Source: Minisyncoccota bacterium
GTDB taxonomy: Bacteria > Patescibacteriota > Minisyncoccia > Phycocordibacterales > Phycocordibacteraceae
NCBI GenBank assembly: GCA_028695415.1
Contig: JAQVIY010000001.1
Location: 113,067-177,066 of the forward strand
Direction: 5' to 3'
DNA: 64,000 nt
The notes under the pieces are model-generated. The model searched no databases, was not told the DNA's origin, and saw nothing but the letters and a program-made list of their open reading frames with translations. The translations under genes and the position numbers were made by a program. Of this stretch, positions 38,321 through 47,389 are shown in pieces (within the stretch, counting starts at the first letter, position 1; each line of letters begins with the position of its first letter).

Positions 38321-38582
38321 CTCTTTATTCTAACATTTTGTTGCTAATCCTTTGTGCAAATTGGGTGACCCTGTTGATAAGAAAGCTATTTTTTAAAGAC
38401 GATGACGAGAACGTGTACGAGACTGATAAGCGTGCTCATAAAGCCTGTCCAGAACGCATACACTTGTAAATGAGCTGCTGAAAGTTTCCGGTGCTTCTTC
38501 ATATGTACAAAAGGATACCACGCGAATATTGCTCTCACCGAGCGTATCCACTTCCCTATCCGTTTCTAAAAAATCGACCGTA

Positions 38583-39350
38583 TCAACACGAAACGTTTGT
38601 CGTGATGTAATCGTACGCCTCGTCAACAGAATCGACGACGGTATAGAGATCCATATCGCCCTTATCGATGGCGGCATGACCCTGATAGATAGTCTTTTCG
38701 ATAAAGCCGAGCAAGGGGCCCCAGTAATCCTTGCCGTAGAGAATGATAGGAACCTTGCGTATTTTCTTGGTCTGAACGAGCGTTACTATTTCGAAGAATT
38801 CATCGAGCGTACCGAATCCGCCCGGGAAATAAATATATACTTCGGACGCGTACGTCAGCATCACTTTGCGTACAAAGAAGTGGTCGAACCCGAATCGCTC
38901 GGTAAGGAACGGATTATAGCTCTGAGACTCCGGCAGATTGATATTGAGCCCAACCGAGGCACCGCCGACCTCGAAGGCGCCTTTATTGGCCGCCTGCATG
39001 ATACCTGAGGAGCCGCCAGTGACGATGGCAAAACCTTTTTCTGCGAGACGCTTCGCCAACTCCTCAGCGCGTTCATAGGAGTCGTCGCCTAAGGTCGCGC
39101 GCGACGAGCCGAAGAATGATGCGGCGAGGCCGTGTCGGCGAATAATATCAAACCCTTCGACAAACTCTGACATTATCTTGAAAATGCGCCACGATTCTAT
39201 CTTCCTCGGCTTACAGACGAGCAAAGGCCGATCCTCGGCTTCGGGCATCGTACGCCCGCCTTCGTGAACTACCTGCGCGAGACGTTCGGTTGTCTTATGA
39301 ATACCCGCTGATTGGATAATCGGCTCTTCGCCGGTAATGTCCTCATTCAT
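38583..39350 (-). CDS. LOG-family protein (cytokinin riboside 5'-monophosphate phosphoribohydrolase / TIGR00730)
   Basis: IVTGGSSGIMQAANKGA and PGGFGTLDEFFE motifs. Confidence 0.85.
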   Translation of the reverse strand: MNEDITGEEPIIQSAGIHKTTERLAQVVHEGGRTMPEAEDRPLLVCKPRKIESWRIFKIMSEFVEGFDIIRRHGLAASFFGSSRATLGDDSYERAEELAKRLAEKGFAIVTGGSSGIMQAANKGAFEVGGASVGLNINLPESQSYNPFLTERFGFDHFFVRKVMLTYASEVYIYFPGGFGTLDEFFEIVTLVQTKKIRKVPIILYGKDYWGPLLGFIEKTIYQGHAAIDKGDMDLYTVVDSVDEAYDYITTNVSC

Positions 39351-39399
39351 GCTACGCAGTATATCACTCCTACGCCAAGGCTTCGAAGTGCACAGCAGG

Positions 39400-39582
39400 C
39401 TAGATGCCTTTGCAATTTGTCACCGGAGCATAACTCGTCTCCGGTCCTGCTTCAATTCCCGCTAAAAAGCCAAACCAGAAACTTGCGGACGAAGCGGCGA
39501 AAAGAATGCCGAATATCAGGATATCTCGCGGCACCCGTGCGAGGAGGCTTTTGCATTTTTCGCGCGCTTCTGCTATAGTCAC
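39400..39582 (-). CDS. possible small membrane protein upstream of the LOG gene
   Basis: ORF with one hydrophobic helix (ILIFGILFAASSASFWFGFLAGI). No clear RBS. Confidence 0.25.
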   Translation of the reverse strand: MTIAEAREKCKSLLARVPRDILIFGILFAASSASFWFGFLAGIEAGPETSYAPVTNCKGI

Positions 39583-39601
39583 TGGGTAACACTATACCAC
39601 T

Positions 39602-39874
39602 ATGGCATCGACTAAAGCCGGCGGATCCGCGAAAAACCTCACTGATTCTAACCCAAAATATCTTGGGGTGAAGCTCGCTGACGGCTCTGCCGCCCGCCCG
39701 GGCATGGTCATCGTTCGCCAGCGCGGTACGAAGATCGAGGCAGGCAAGAACGTCCGCGTAGGCAAGGATCACACGCTTTTCTCCGTCGCTACCGGCAAGG
39801 TCGCTTTCCGCACCCGCCGCAAGGTGAACTTCACCGGACACATCGTTTCTAAGAAAGTCGCCGAGGTTATCTAA
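39602..39874 (+). CDS. rpmA: ribosomal protein L27
   Basis: Conserved L27 sequence (KAGGSAKN..DS...LGVK). Confidence 0.92.
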   Translation: MASTKAGGSAKNLTDSNPKYLGVKLADGSAARPGMVIVRQRGTKIEAGKNVRVGKDHTLFSVATGKVAFRTRRKVNFTGHIVSKKVAEVI

Positions 39875-39877
39875 AGC

Positions 39878-39918
39878 AAAAAACAAGGTTCGACTGAAAG
39901 GTCGAACCTTGTTTTTAT
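39878..39918. terminator. bidirectional intrinsic terminator between rpmA (+) and rplI (-)
   Basis: acaaggttcgac-tgaaag-gtcgaaccttgt hairpin flanked by A-runs and T-runs. Confidence 0.8.
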
Positions 39919-39944
39919 TCACACTTTTCTGTTTTTCTCTTGAG

Positions 39945-40388
39945 TTATTCTGCTTCGACAATAACGGTGAATGCACCGAATATATCGCCGGCAGAAACCG
40001 GGATAGTGAACGTGCCGAGCTCCTTGATCGGCTTTTCAAGCTTTATAGCATCTTCAGGAAGGTCGATATGCGCCTGCTCTTTGGCTGCTGCTCTTATTTC
40101 GGGCGTGCTCACGGCATCGTAGAGGTGGCCTTTTTCATTTGCCTTCATCCGTATGACGATACGCGCTTCGGCGAGCGAGGCGATATTCTCTGCGAGGAGT
40201 GCATTTTCGAGCGCATTCTGGTCGACCGACTGTTTGCGGCGCGTCTCAGCTTCTTTCGAAGCAATCCCCGTTGCGGCAATAGCGAACTTCTTAGGAATAA
40301 GATAATTGAGCGCGTAGCCGTCTGCGACGTCTATTTCGGTGTGCGCCCGCCCCATCCCTTTCACATCTTTTATCAGTATAACTTTCAT
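39945..40388 (-). CDS. rplI: ribosomal protein L9
   Basis: MKVILIKDVKGMG N-terminus and L9 two-domain layout. Confidence 0.9.
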   Translation of the reverse strand: MKVILIKDVKGMGRAHTEIDVADGYALNYLIPKKFAIAATGIASKEAETRRKQSVDQNALENALLAENIASLAEARIVIRMKANEKGHLYDAVSTPEIRAAAKEQAHIDLPEDAIKLEKPIKELGTFTIPVSAGDIFGAFTVIVEAE

Positions 40389-40407
40389 ATATCCCCAGCC
40401 TACCGTA

Positions 40408-41682
40408 TTACTTCCCTGTCGTCAAAAATTGAATAGCGCGGGTCATTTGCGAGTCGTTACCCTTTGGCGTATCGGCTTTCTTATACTCAACCTTGATGTC
40501 CGGCGTGACGCCGTTGCCCATGATCCAATGGCCAGCGGGAGTTATCCAGCGCGCAACAGTAACCTTCAAGGAACCCCCGCCGAGGTCGATGAGCGTCTGT
40601 ACCGAGCCTTTGCCGAAAGTCTGCGTACCAATAACGGTCGCCGCCTTATTGTCCTGCAATGCGCCGGCGAGAATCTCAGAAGCCGAAGCGGAGCCGACAT
40701 CAACGAGCACGACTATTTTTGTACCCTTAGGCAAATCGGCGTATCCGTAACTCGTGTGTACGACATTGTCTTCCTTGCCTCCAAAATCTTCGGTGACTAT
40801 CTTCGCACCTTTCGGCAAGAAGTGACTCGCAATATCGACTGCCGCATCGAGATACCCGCCCGGATTCCCGCGCAAATCGATGATGAGTTTCTGCGAACCT
40901 GACGCCTGGAACCGGCTGAACGCCTGCGCAAAAAGATCAGCAGAATTTGAAGTGAACTCGTAGAGGGCGATGCGATAGGCGCCCGTCGCCTCATCAACGC
41001 TTTCATCGGTCTCGGGCACCTGTATCGTCTGACGAGTTATCTTGAAATCGAGCGCTTTGCCATCGCGGATAATAGAAAGGTCAACCGTTGTGCCGATGGC
41101 TCCCCGTATCTGGCTCACTGCCTTATCGGTAGAGAGCCCATCGGTAGACTTGCCATCAATGGCGATAATCTGGTCGCCCGCCTTGACCCCGGCGTCCTCT
41201 GCAGGGGTACCCTTCAATGGCGCGACGACGGTGAGCACGCCGTCCTTCACGTCTATCTCCATGCCAACGCCGGCAAAACTGCCTGAGATGGTGTCGGCAA
41301 ACTCTTTCGCTTCTTTGGGCGGGAAAAAGACCGTGTATGGGTCGTTATAGGAGGAGGCGAGTCCCGCTATTGCGCCAAGAACGCGGTCGCGCGCCGAGGG
41401 GAGCGTCGAGGATGCATGAGTAATGACATAATTCGCTTCGAGCGCATTCCATGCCTTCCAGAAGTCGGCAAGTTCGACATTCGATGCCGGAGTCGCGTCG
41501 AGTCCGTCGCCAATAAGCGGGATATGCGAGACCACTGCGGCGGCGGAACTACTCCCGCCAGCGACTGCGAGACCCGCGCCAAACGCGAATACCGCAATAA
41601 GCGCTATCGAGATGCCGCGTGCAGCGATCGCACGTCCTCGCTCATAAGCTTCTTTCGCGTCCATGTCGGGATAGTGTACCAT
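40408..41682 (-). CDS. carboxy-terminal processing protease (peptidase S41) with PDZ domain; start could be the internal ATG at 41664
   Basis: N-terminal TM anchor, PDZ (GDQIIAIDG), S41 catalytic region (LIDLRGNPGG, GSASASEILAGALQD, TFGKGSVQ). Confidence 0.85.
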   Translation of the reverse strand: MVHYPDMDAKEAYERGRAIAARGISIALIAVFAFGAGLAVAGGSSSAAAVVSHIPLIGDGLDATPASNVELADFWKAWNALEANYVITHASSTLPSARDRVLGAIAGLASSYNDPYTVFFPPKEAKEFADTISGSFAGVGMEIDVKDGVLTVVAPLKGTPAEDAGVKAGDQIIAIDGKSTDGLSTDKAVSQIRGAIGTTVDLSIIRDGKALDFKITRQTIQVPETDESVDEATGAYRIALYEFTSNSADLFAQAFSRFQASGSQKLIIDLRGNPGGYLDAAVDIASHFLPKGAKIVTEDFGGKEDNVVHTSYGYADLPKGTKIVVLVDVGSASASEILAGALQDNKAATVIGTQTFGKGSVQTLIDLGGGSLKVTVARWITPAGHWIMGNGVTPDIKVEYKKADTPKGNDSQMTRAIQFLTTGK

Positions 41683-41700
41683 ATATGGTATCCTAGACGT

Positions 41701-42621
41701 ATGATTTTCCGGTACGAGTATCCTGGCGGCGTGTGGGTCGACCTTGAACGACCGACCGAGGAAGAAATACGAAGTGTTGCGCACGAATTTTCGATAAGCG
41801 AACGAATGGAGACCGAGCTGTACTCCCCTACCCCGTCGCCCTTGGTCGCCGGCGATGAAGGAGCGACGCTTCTCGTGCTTCATTTCCCCGAACATGGCGC
41901 CGAAGGCGCTAAGGATAAAAAACAAGAGATAGACTTCGTCGTCGGGAGCCGCTTCATACTGACTGTGCGTTACGAAGTCATCGTCCCCCTCCACCATTTG
42001 AAGAAGCTCCTCGAAACACAGAAGATAGTCACTAACCACCACAACGCTATATCCACCGACGTCCTGCTCGAGATACTCTTCGCTCATCTGTATACGTCTG
42101 TCCGCGATCATACGAACCACGTCGCCGACACCCTTGCACATGTCGAACGCGACATGTTCGACGGACACGAGCGCAATACGGTGCGGCTCATATCAGACGT
42201 CAGCCGCGAATTCCTTCACTTGGAGGCCGCGCTTGCCAATCAGGAAGAGTCATTCGGACGCTTTCTCAAGGTGCTTACTCAACGCGACTTCTTCGGCGCT
42301 TCATTCGCCGAGCGCGCTGACCGCATCTTCGCGGAACACTCGCAAGTCGCGCGGCTTATCAAGACGCACCGCGCTATCTCGACCGAACTGCGCGAGACCA
42401 ATATCGCCCTTCTCGAGGTGCGTCAGAACGAGATCATGAAAACACTTACTATCGTGAATTTCATCTTTCTGCCGCTCGGTCTTATCAGCTGGACATTCTC
42501 TATGCGCACCGAGGGTATGCCTATTATCGATTCACCGAACGCATTTTGGATAATCCTCGGCATTATGCTCGGCGTCACGGTGCTTTTGACCGCGTTTTTC
42601 ATTCGCAAACGCTGGCTCTGA
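41701..42621 (+). CDS. CorA-family divalent cation transporter-like protein with a non-canonical signature (SMR in place of GMN)
   Basis: Cytoplasmic domain plus two C-terminal TM helices. MKTLTIVNFIFLPLGLISWTFSMRTEGMP aligns with the CorA YGMNF region. Confidence 0.65.
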   Translation: MIFRYEYPGGVWVDLERPTEEEIRSVAHEFSISERMETELYSPTPSPLVAGDEGATLLVLHFPEHGAEGAKDKKQEIDFVVGSRFILTVRYEVIVPLHHLKKLLETQKIVTNHHNAISTDVLLEILFAHLYTSVRDHTNHVADTLAHVERDMFDGHERNTVRLISDVSREFLHLEAALANQEESFGRFLKVLTQRDFFGASFAERADRIFAEHSQVARLIKTHRAISTELRETNIALLEVRQNEIMKTLTIVNFIFLPLGLISWTFSMRTEGMPIIDSPNAFWIILGIMLGVTVLLTAFFIRKRWL

Positions 42622-42625
42622 TCCT

Positions 42626-44086
42626 ATGGAATGGCTCTCGCGGATATTCGGCAAAAAGGAGCAGACGGGGCACGCGCGCCCCGCACAAGTATTCTTTTTC
42701 AATACCCTTTCAGGCAATAAAGAGCTTTTCATTTCTCAAAAACCGGGTATTGCGACGATGTATACCTGCGGTCCGACGGTCTACGGACAGCAGCACATCG
42801 GGAACCTGCGCCCCGGGATGCTCTCCGACACTATTGCGCGCACGCTCGGTGCTGCCAATTATCGAGTTCATCGAGTCATCAACATCACCGATGTCGGCCA
42901 TCTGGTCGGCGACGGCGACAAGGGAGCCGATAAGATAGCCGTCGGCGCCGAGCGAGAGAAGACGACCCCGCAGGCGATAGCCGACCGGTATGCAAAACAA
43001 TTTATTGAAGATCTCGCCGACCTCAATATCGATACTGCCGACATCGATTTTCCACGCGCGACCGACTATATCAAAGAGCAGATAGCGCTCGCCAAAACGC
43101 TCGAGGAGAAAGGATTCGCCTACTTTCTGCCTGATGGTCTTTATTTCGACACACAAAAATTCCCCGGATACGGGAAACTCGGCGGGCTCGGCGGAGCGCA
43201 TCTTACCGCCGGCGCACGCGTCGAGGTGGTCAAGGGTAAGCGCCACCCGTCAGACTTCGTACTCTGGCGCAGGGCAAAGGTCAACGATCTCCAGCAATGG
43301 GATAGTCCATGGGGGCGCGGCAACCCGGGCTGGCATATCGAATGTTCCGCGATGATACGCTCTCTACTCGGTCAAGAGATAGATATTCATACCGGCGGCG
43401 AAGACCTCGCGCAGATACACCATAACAACGAGATAGCACAGTCAGAGGCCGCATCGGGTCGGACATTCGTCCACTACTGGCTCCACAACGCGTTCCTCAC
43501 CATGAGCGGCGAGAAGATATCGAAGTCTCTCGGCAACGTCGTACACCTCTCCGACATTATCGCTAAAGGATTTGACCCGCTCGCGCTCCGCTACTTCTAC
43601 TTGCAGGCGCACTATCGCACTCCCCTTTCCTTCTCGTGGGACGCGCTCGCGGGTGCCGCTGAGGCGCTCGGGCGGCTCCAGAGACTTGCGCGTGATATAG
43701 CTGAAGAGTCGCGTCGGGTAAGCGAGCCATCAGAGGCGCGAGAGCGATTCTTAGTCGCGATGCGTGATGATCTCTCGACCCCTCAGGCGCTTGCCGTCAT
43801 TTGGGAGGTGCTTCGAAGCGAGGAGTACACTCCCGAAGAGAAATGGGGTCTTATTCTCGATGCTGAGGCGCATCTCGGTCTCTCGCTTACCAACTCGACT
43901 GCTCCTGCGCCCAGAGAGAGCGCCGCTGCCCCGAAGGAGGTGCTCGACATGCTCGCAAAACGCGAAAAAGCCCGTATGGACAAGGATTTTGCGTCTGCCG
44001 ATCGCCTCCGAAGCGATATCGAGAACAGTGGATATCGTGTGGATGACGGCCCGAACGGCCCGGTGTTGACGCGGACAACTCTTTGA
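42626..44086 (+). CDS. cysS: cysteinyl-tRNA synthetase
   Basis: CGPTVYGQQHIGN (HIGH region) and KISKS (KMSKS) motifs. Confidence 0.92.
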   Translation: MEWLSRIFGKKEQTGHARPAQVFFFNTLSGNKELFISQKPGIATMYTCGPTVYGQQHIGNLRPGMLSDTIARTLGAANYRVHRVINITDVGHLVGDGDKGADKIAVGAEREKTTPQAIADRYAKQFIEDLADLNIDTADIDFPRATDYIKEQIALAKTLEEKGFAYFLPDGLYFDTQKFPGYGKLGGLGGAHLTAGARVEVVKGKRHPSDFVLWRRAKVNDLQQWDSPWGRGNPGWHIECSAMIRSLLGQEIDIHTGGEDLAQIHHNNEIAQSEAASGRTFVHYWLHNAFLTMSGEKISKSLGNVVHLSDIIAKGFDPLALRYFYLQAHYRTPLSFSWDALAGAAEALGRLQRLARDIAEESRRVSEPSEARERFLVAMRDDLSTPQALAVIWEVLRSEEYTPEEKWGLILDAEAHLGLSLTNSTAPAPRESAAAPKEVLDMLAKREKARMDKDFASADRLRSDIENSGYRVDDGPNGPVLTRTTL

Positions 44087-44099
44087 TAGAATAGAGGGA

Positions 44100-45458
44100 A
44101 TGGCAGCCGCAGACCGCGTTCCTCCCCAATCGCTCGAATCAGAGCGCGCCCTCCTCGGCGCGCTTCTCTTGAAGCCCGATGCTATCCACGATGTTTCTGA
44201 TCTTATACGTCACGATTCTTTTTATGCCGAAAAACATCGGTTGATATTCAGCGCAATGCGCGAGCTCGCTGAACGCGGCGAGCCTATTGATCAGCTCTCG
44301 CTCTCCGAACGCCTCCAGGGCCAAGGGCTTCTTGATCGAGCCGGCGGCAGAAGCTACCTCGCCGAGCTCGCAGGATCGGCACCGACCCCGGGTAATTTCT
44401 CGCACTATGCCGAACTTGTCTCGCGCAAGTATCTGATGCGTTCGCTTATTGACGCCGCCTACGGCATTACCGAATCCGCCTACGACGACGCGCGTGAGAC
44501 GATGGAGGTGCTTGATGAGGCCGAAAAAAGCATCTACGCTATCGGCAACGCATCTGCGGCGCATAAATTCACCGCCATCGGTGACAAGATACACGCGGCA
44601 TGGGAACGCATTGAGGCGCTCTCCCAGAAGGAGGACGGGATACGCGGCGTTCCCTCGGGCTTCCCTGCCCTCGATAATCTGCTGTCTGGCTTCCACCCTT
44701 CTGATCTCGTCATTCTCGCCGCCCGACCCTCGATGGGTAAGACATCGCTCGCGCTCGATATCGCACGCAATGCTGCGGTCCGTCATAACGTCCCCGTCGG
44801 CATCTTCTCGCTTGAGATGAGCTCTGAACAACTCATTGACCGCATGCTCGCGGCGGAATCGTTTGTGAACTCCTGGAAGTTGCGTACCGGCCAAGTGAGA
44901 GAGGAGGCGGACTTCAATCGTATCCGCGATGCGCTCGAAGTACTCTCGAAGGCGCCGATATTTATCGATGATAAGCCGGGTAATAATATCCTCGCGATGC
45001 GCGCGGTCGCGCGACGGCTCAAACGCGAGCGCGGCATCGGGCTCATCGTCGTGGACTATCTCCAGCTTATGGCGCCTACGTCAACCAAGGCATCCGACTC
45101 GCTCGTCCAACAAGTGACCGAGATATCACGCTCGCTCAAGGGGCTCGCGCGCGAGCTCGAGGTGCCGGTCATTGCGCTCTCTCAGCTCTCACGCGCCGTG
45201 GAACAACGCGGAGGTAAGCCCCGTCTCTCCGACCTGCGCGACTCCGGCTCTATCGAACAGGACGCCGATGTCGTGATGTTCATTCATCGCGAAGACAAGC
45301 GCGACCCGGGGAGCGACCGGCCCGGTATCGCCGAGATTCTTATCGAGAAGCACCGAAACGGCCCCACCGGCTCGACTGAGCTTTTCTTTGATGAGAAGCG
45401 CGCCACCTTCCAACCCGTTGATACTGCCGGCTACGGCGCTCTCGCGGCAGAATTCTAA
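44100..45458 (+). CDS. dnaB: replicative DNA helicase
   Basis: N-terminal SLESERALLGALL motif. RecA-like domain with Walker A (ARPSMGKTS). Confidence 0.92.
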   Translation: MAAADRVPPQSLESERALLGALLLKPDAIHDVSDLIRHDSFYAEKHRLIFSAMRELAERGEPIDQLSLSERLQGQGLLDRAGGRSYLAELAGSAPTPGNFSHYAELVSRKYLMRSLIDAAYGITESAYDDARETMEVLDEAEKSIYAIGNASAAHKFTAIGDKIHAAWERIEALSQKEDGIRGVPSGFPALDNLLSGFHPSDLVILAARPSMGKTSLALDIARNAAVRHNVPVGIFSLEMSSEQLIDRMLAAESFVNSWKLRTGQVREEADFNRIRDALEVLSKAPIFIDDKPGNNILAMRAVARRLKRERGIGLIVVDYLQLMAPTSTKASDSLVQQVTEISRSLKGLARELEVPVIALSQLSRAVEQRGGKPRLSDLRDSGSIEQDADVVMFIHREDKRDPGSDRPGIAEILIEKHRNGPTGSTELFFDEKRATFQPVDTAGYGALAAEF

Positions 45459-45473
45459 TCTCTGTATCGTATA

Positions 45474-46742
45474 ATGGCTTCAGTGACTAAAAATGCATCT
45501 GCGCTTGTTCTCTTGAAGAATTTTGCCTTCTTCTGGCTCTTCCTCGCCGCATACAAATTCGGAGCGGTGCTTCACTATTCGCTCCTCTCTCCGCTCGGTT
45601 CAGAGCTTATGCCGCTTTGGGTCGTGGGGTTTCTTATCGGCGGCGAAGCATTCTTCCAGATGCTGCTTGATGTGCCGGCCGGACACCTCGTAGACCGGTA
45701 TGGGCGCAAACGAATGCTCGGTATCGGCCTCATATCGTTTCTCATCGCGGCTTTATTGCTTATGCAGCTTACGGTCACGTCATATATCGCCAGCATCGTG
45801 TTCAGTCTCTTCGGGTGGCTCTTCCTCTCACCGGCAGTGAATGCCTACCTCCTCGCCTATACCGAGCACACATCAAGCGGCCGATTCCTCTCCTTCCGCG
45901 ATACATTTTCTTCGCTCGGCATGGCCTCGGCGAGCATCGGCCTCGTGTTCATTCTCGCTCTCACGCCCGCCTCTATGGGTCTCATTCTCCTCGTCTCATT
46001 CCTCGTTTCCGCCGTTTTCCTTTTTATAAGTCCGAAGGATAAGAGCTATAACGTCCTCGAACAGAAGCTGCCGGCTCAAGGATTCCACATCCGTCGAACA
46101 TTCCTGAAAGATGCAGTGCGGGCGTTCAAACGACTCAATATCGCAAGCAAGATGCTCTCGGCATACTCGTTCTCTGGAGGGGTGTTCTATGGAACGGTCT
46201 GGTTCGTCGTCCCGCTCCTCATCGCGTCCGATATCAGTACAGAATTTCTCGGCATCGGGCTTGGCGTGTTTGACTTCGCCATCGTCACGCTCGGGTTCGT
46301 CATTGGCTCTATCGTTGACCGCAGCGACAAGCGTCTCCTCGTGTTTTACGGTCTCCTTGTATTCGCGATTATGGGTATGGCACTCGGATTTTCTTTCGGC
46401 CCCCTCTTCCTTCTTTTCGGCTTCCTTGCGACCGCGGGCGACGAGACGACGAATCTCTCGCTCTGGTCATGGCTCCATTCACTCGACAAGGAACACGCGC
46501 ACGACGGCGCGGTTGCCGGAGCTATCTCGTTTACCGAAGATATGGGTTACACCGTCGGCCCGATACTCGCCGGCGTCACCTTCAGTGTGTTTGGCCCGAC
46601 GTGGGCGATAGTCATCGGGGCGTTGCCGCTTCTCGTCCTCTGGGTCGCCTACTCATTCTTCGTGCGACCGGTACACTTTGAGCTCCCCTCCCTCGAAGTA
46701 CCGCAGATGCCAATGCGGCGTCGACATAAGGGGTATCGCTAG
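45474..46742 (+). CDS. MFS transporter
   Basis: About 12 TM helices. MFS loop motif GHLVDRYGRKR. Confidence 0.8.
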   Translation: MASVTKNASALVLLKNFAFFWLFLAAYKFGAVLHYSLLSPLGSELMPLWVVGFLIGGEAFFQMLLDVPAGHLVDRYGRKRMLGIGLISFLIAALLLMQLTVTSYIASIVFSLFGWLFLSPAVNAYLLAYTEHTSSGRFLSFRDTFSSLGMASASIGLVFILALTPASMGLILLVSFLVSAVFLFISPKDKSYNVLEQKLPAQGFHIRRTFLKDAVRAFKRLNIASKMLSAYSFSGGVFYGTVWFVVPLLIASDISTEFLGIGLGVFDFAIVTLGFVIGSIVDRSDKRLLVFYGLLVFAIMGMALGFSFGPLFLLFGFLATAGDETTNLSLWSWLHSLDKEHAHDGAVAGAISFTEDMGYTVGPILAGVTFSVFGPTWAIVIGALPLLVLWVAYSFFVRPVHFELPSLEVPQMPMRRRHKGYR

Positions 46743-46744
46743 CT

Positions 46745-47347
46745 ATGGACCATATCGATGAACTCGCAAAAGCGTTTGCACGGCTTCCTGGCATAGGTCC
46801 GCGCCAGGGAAAACGGTTCGTCTACCACCTCCTCTCGGTGCCTTCGGCTGAACGTACAAAATTTTCTGAGCTCATCTCTTCCTTAGGGAAAGAAGTACGG
46901 CAGTGCCCCGAGTGTATGCGTTTCTACAATGGAACTACCGCGATGGTTTGCATCTATTGTTCTGATACGCGACGCGACGATACGCAACTAATGCTCGTCG
47001 AGAAAGACCAGGATCTCGCCGCTGTCGAGCGCGCCGGCACCTATCGAGGGCGCTATTTCGTCTTGGGCGGCGTGCTCACGCTTTCAGGAAAGGGCGCGAT
47101 ACGCGAAAAGGAGCTCATACGAATCACTGAGAAGCGCTTGCAAGGAAATCTGAGTGAAATCGTGCTCGCACTTTCGGCGACAAGCGAGGGCGAACACACG
47201 AGCGATAGGGTGCGCGAACTCCTCGCGCCCTATCGCAACCATCTGAAGATATCGGAGCTCGGCCGCGGCCTCGCAACCGGCTCTGAGCTCGAATACTCCG
47301 ACCCCGAGACCCTGCGTGCCGCCCTTACGAATCGTAAAGAATCCTAA
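46745..47347 (+). CDS. recR: recombination protein RecR
   Basis: LPGIGPRQGKR helix-hairpin-helix, C4 zinc finger (CPEC...C..C), Toprim domain. Confidence 0.9.
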   Translation: MDHIDELAKAFARLPGIGPRQGKRFVYHLLSVPSAERTKFSELISSLGKEVRQCPECMRFYNGTTAMVCIYCSDTRRDDTQLMLVEKDQDLAAVERAGTYRGRYFVLGGVLTLSGKGAIREKELIRITEKRLQGNLSEIVLALSATSEGEHTSDRVRELLAPYRNHLKISELGRGLATGSELEYSDPETLRAALTNRKES

Positions 47348-47358
47348 CCGTAAAGAAA

Positions 47359-47386
47359 AACACTGCCCTCGAGGGCAGTGTTTTTC
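47359..47386. terminator. bidirectional terminator between recR (+) and the helicase gene (-)
   Basis: cactgccctc-gagggcagtg hairpin followed by tttttcttt. Confidence 0.75.
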
Positions 47387-47389
47387 TTT

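Noticed and set aside
37537-38582. A group I intron hosting the LAGLIDADG gene.
   Set aside because: No split host gene or exon-like flanks are visible on either side; the neighbours are complete genes on their own. An intron fold cannot be excluded without covariance search, so this is listed under findings as something to check.
38393-38677. A 94-aa minus-strand ORF overlapping the 3' end of the LOG gene, and plus-strand ORFs 38164..38469 and 38529..39008.
   Set aside because: They overlap the LAGLIDADG or LOG coding regions in other frames and have no motifs; they are likely spurious.
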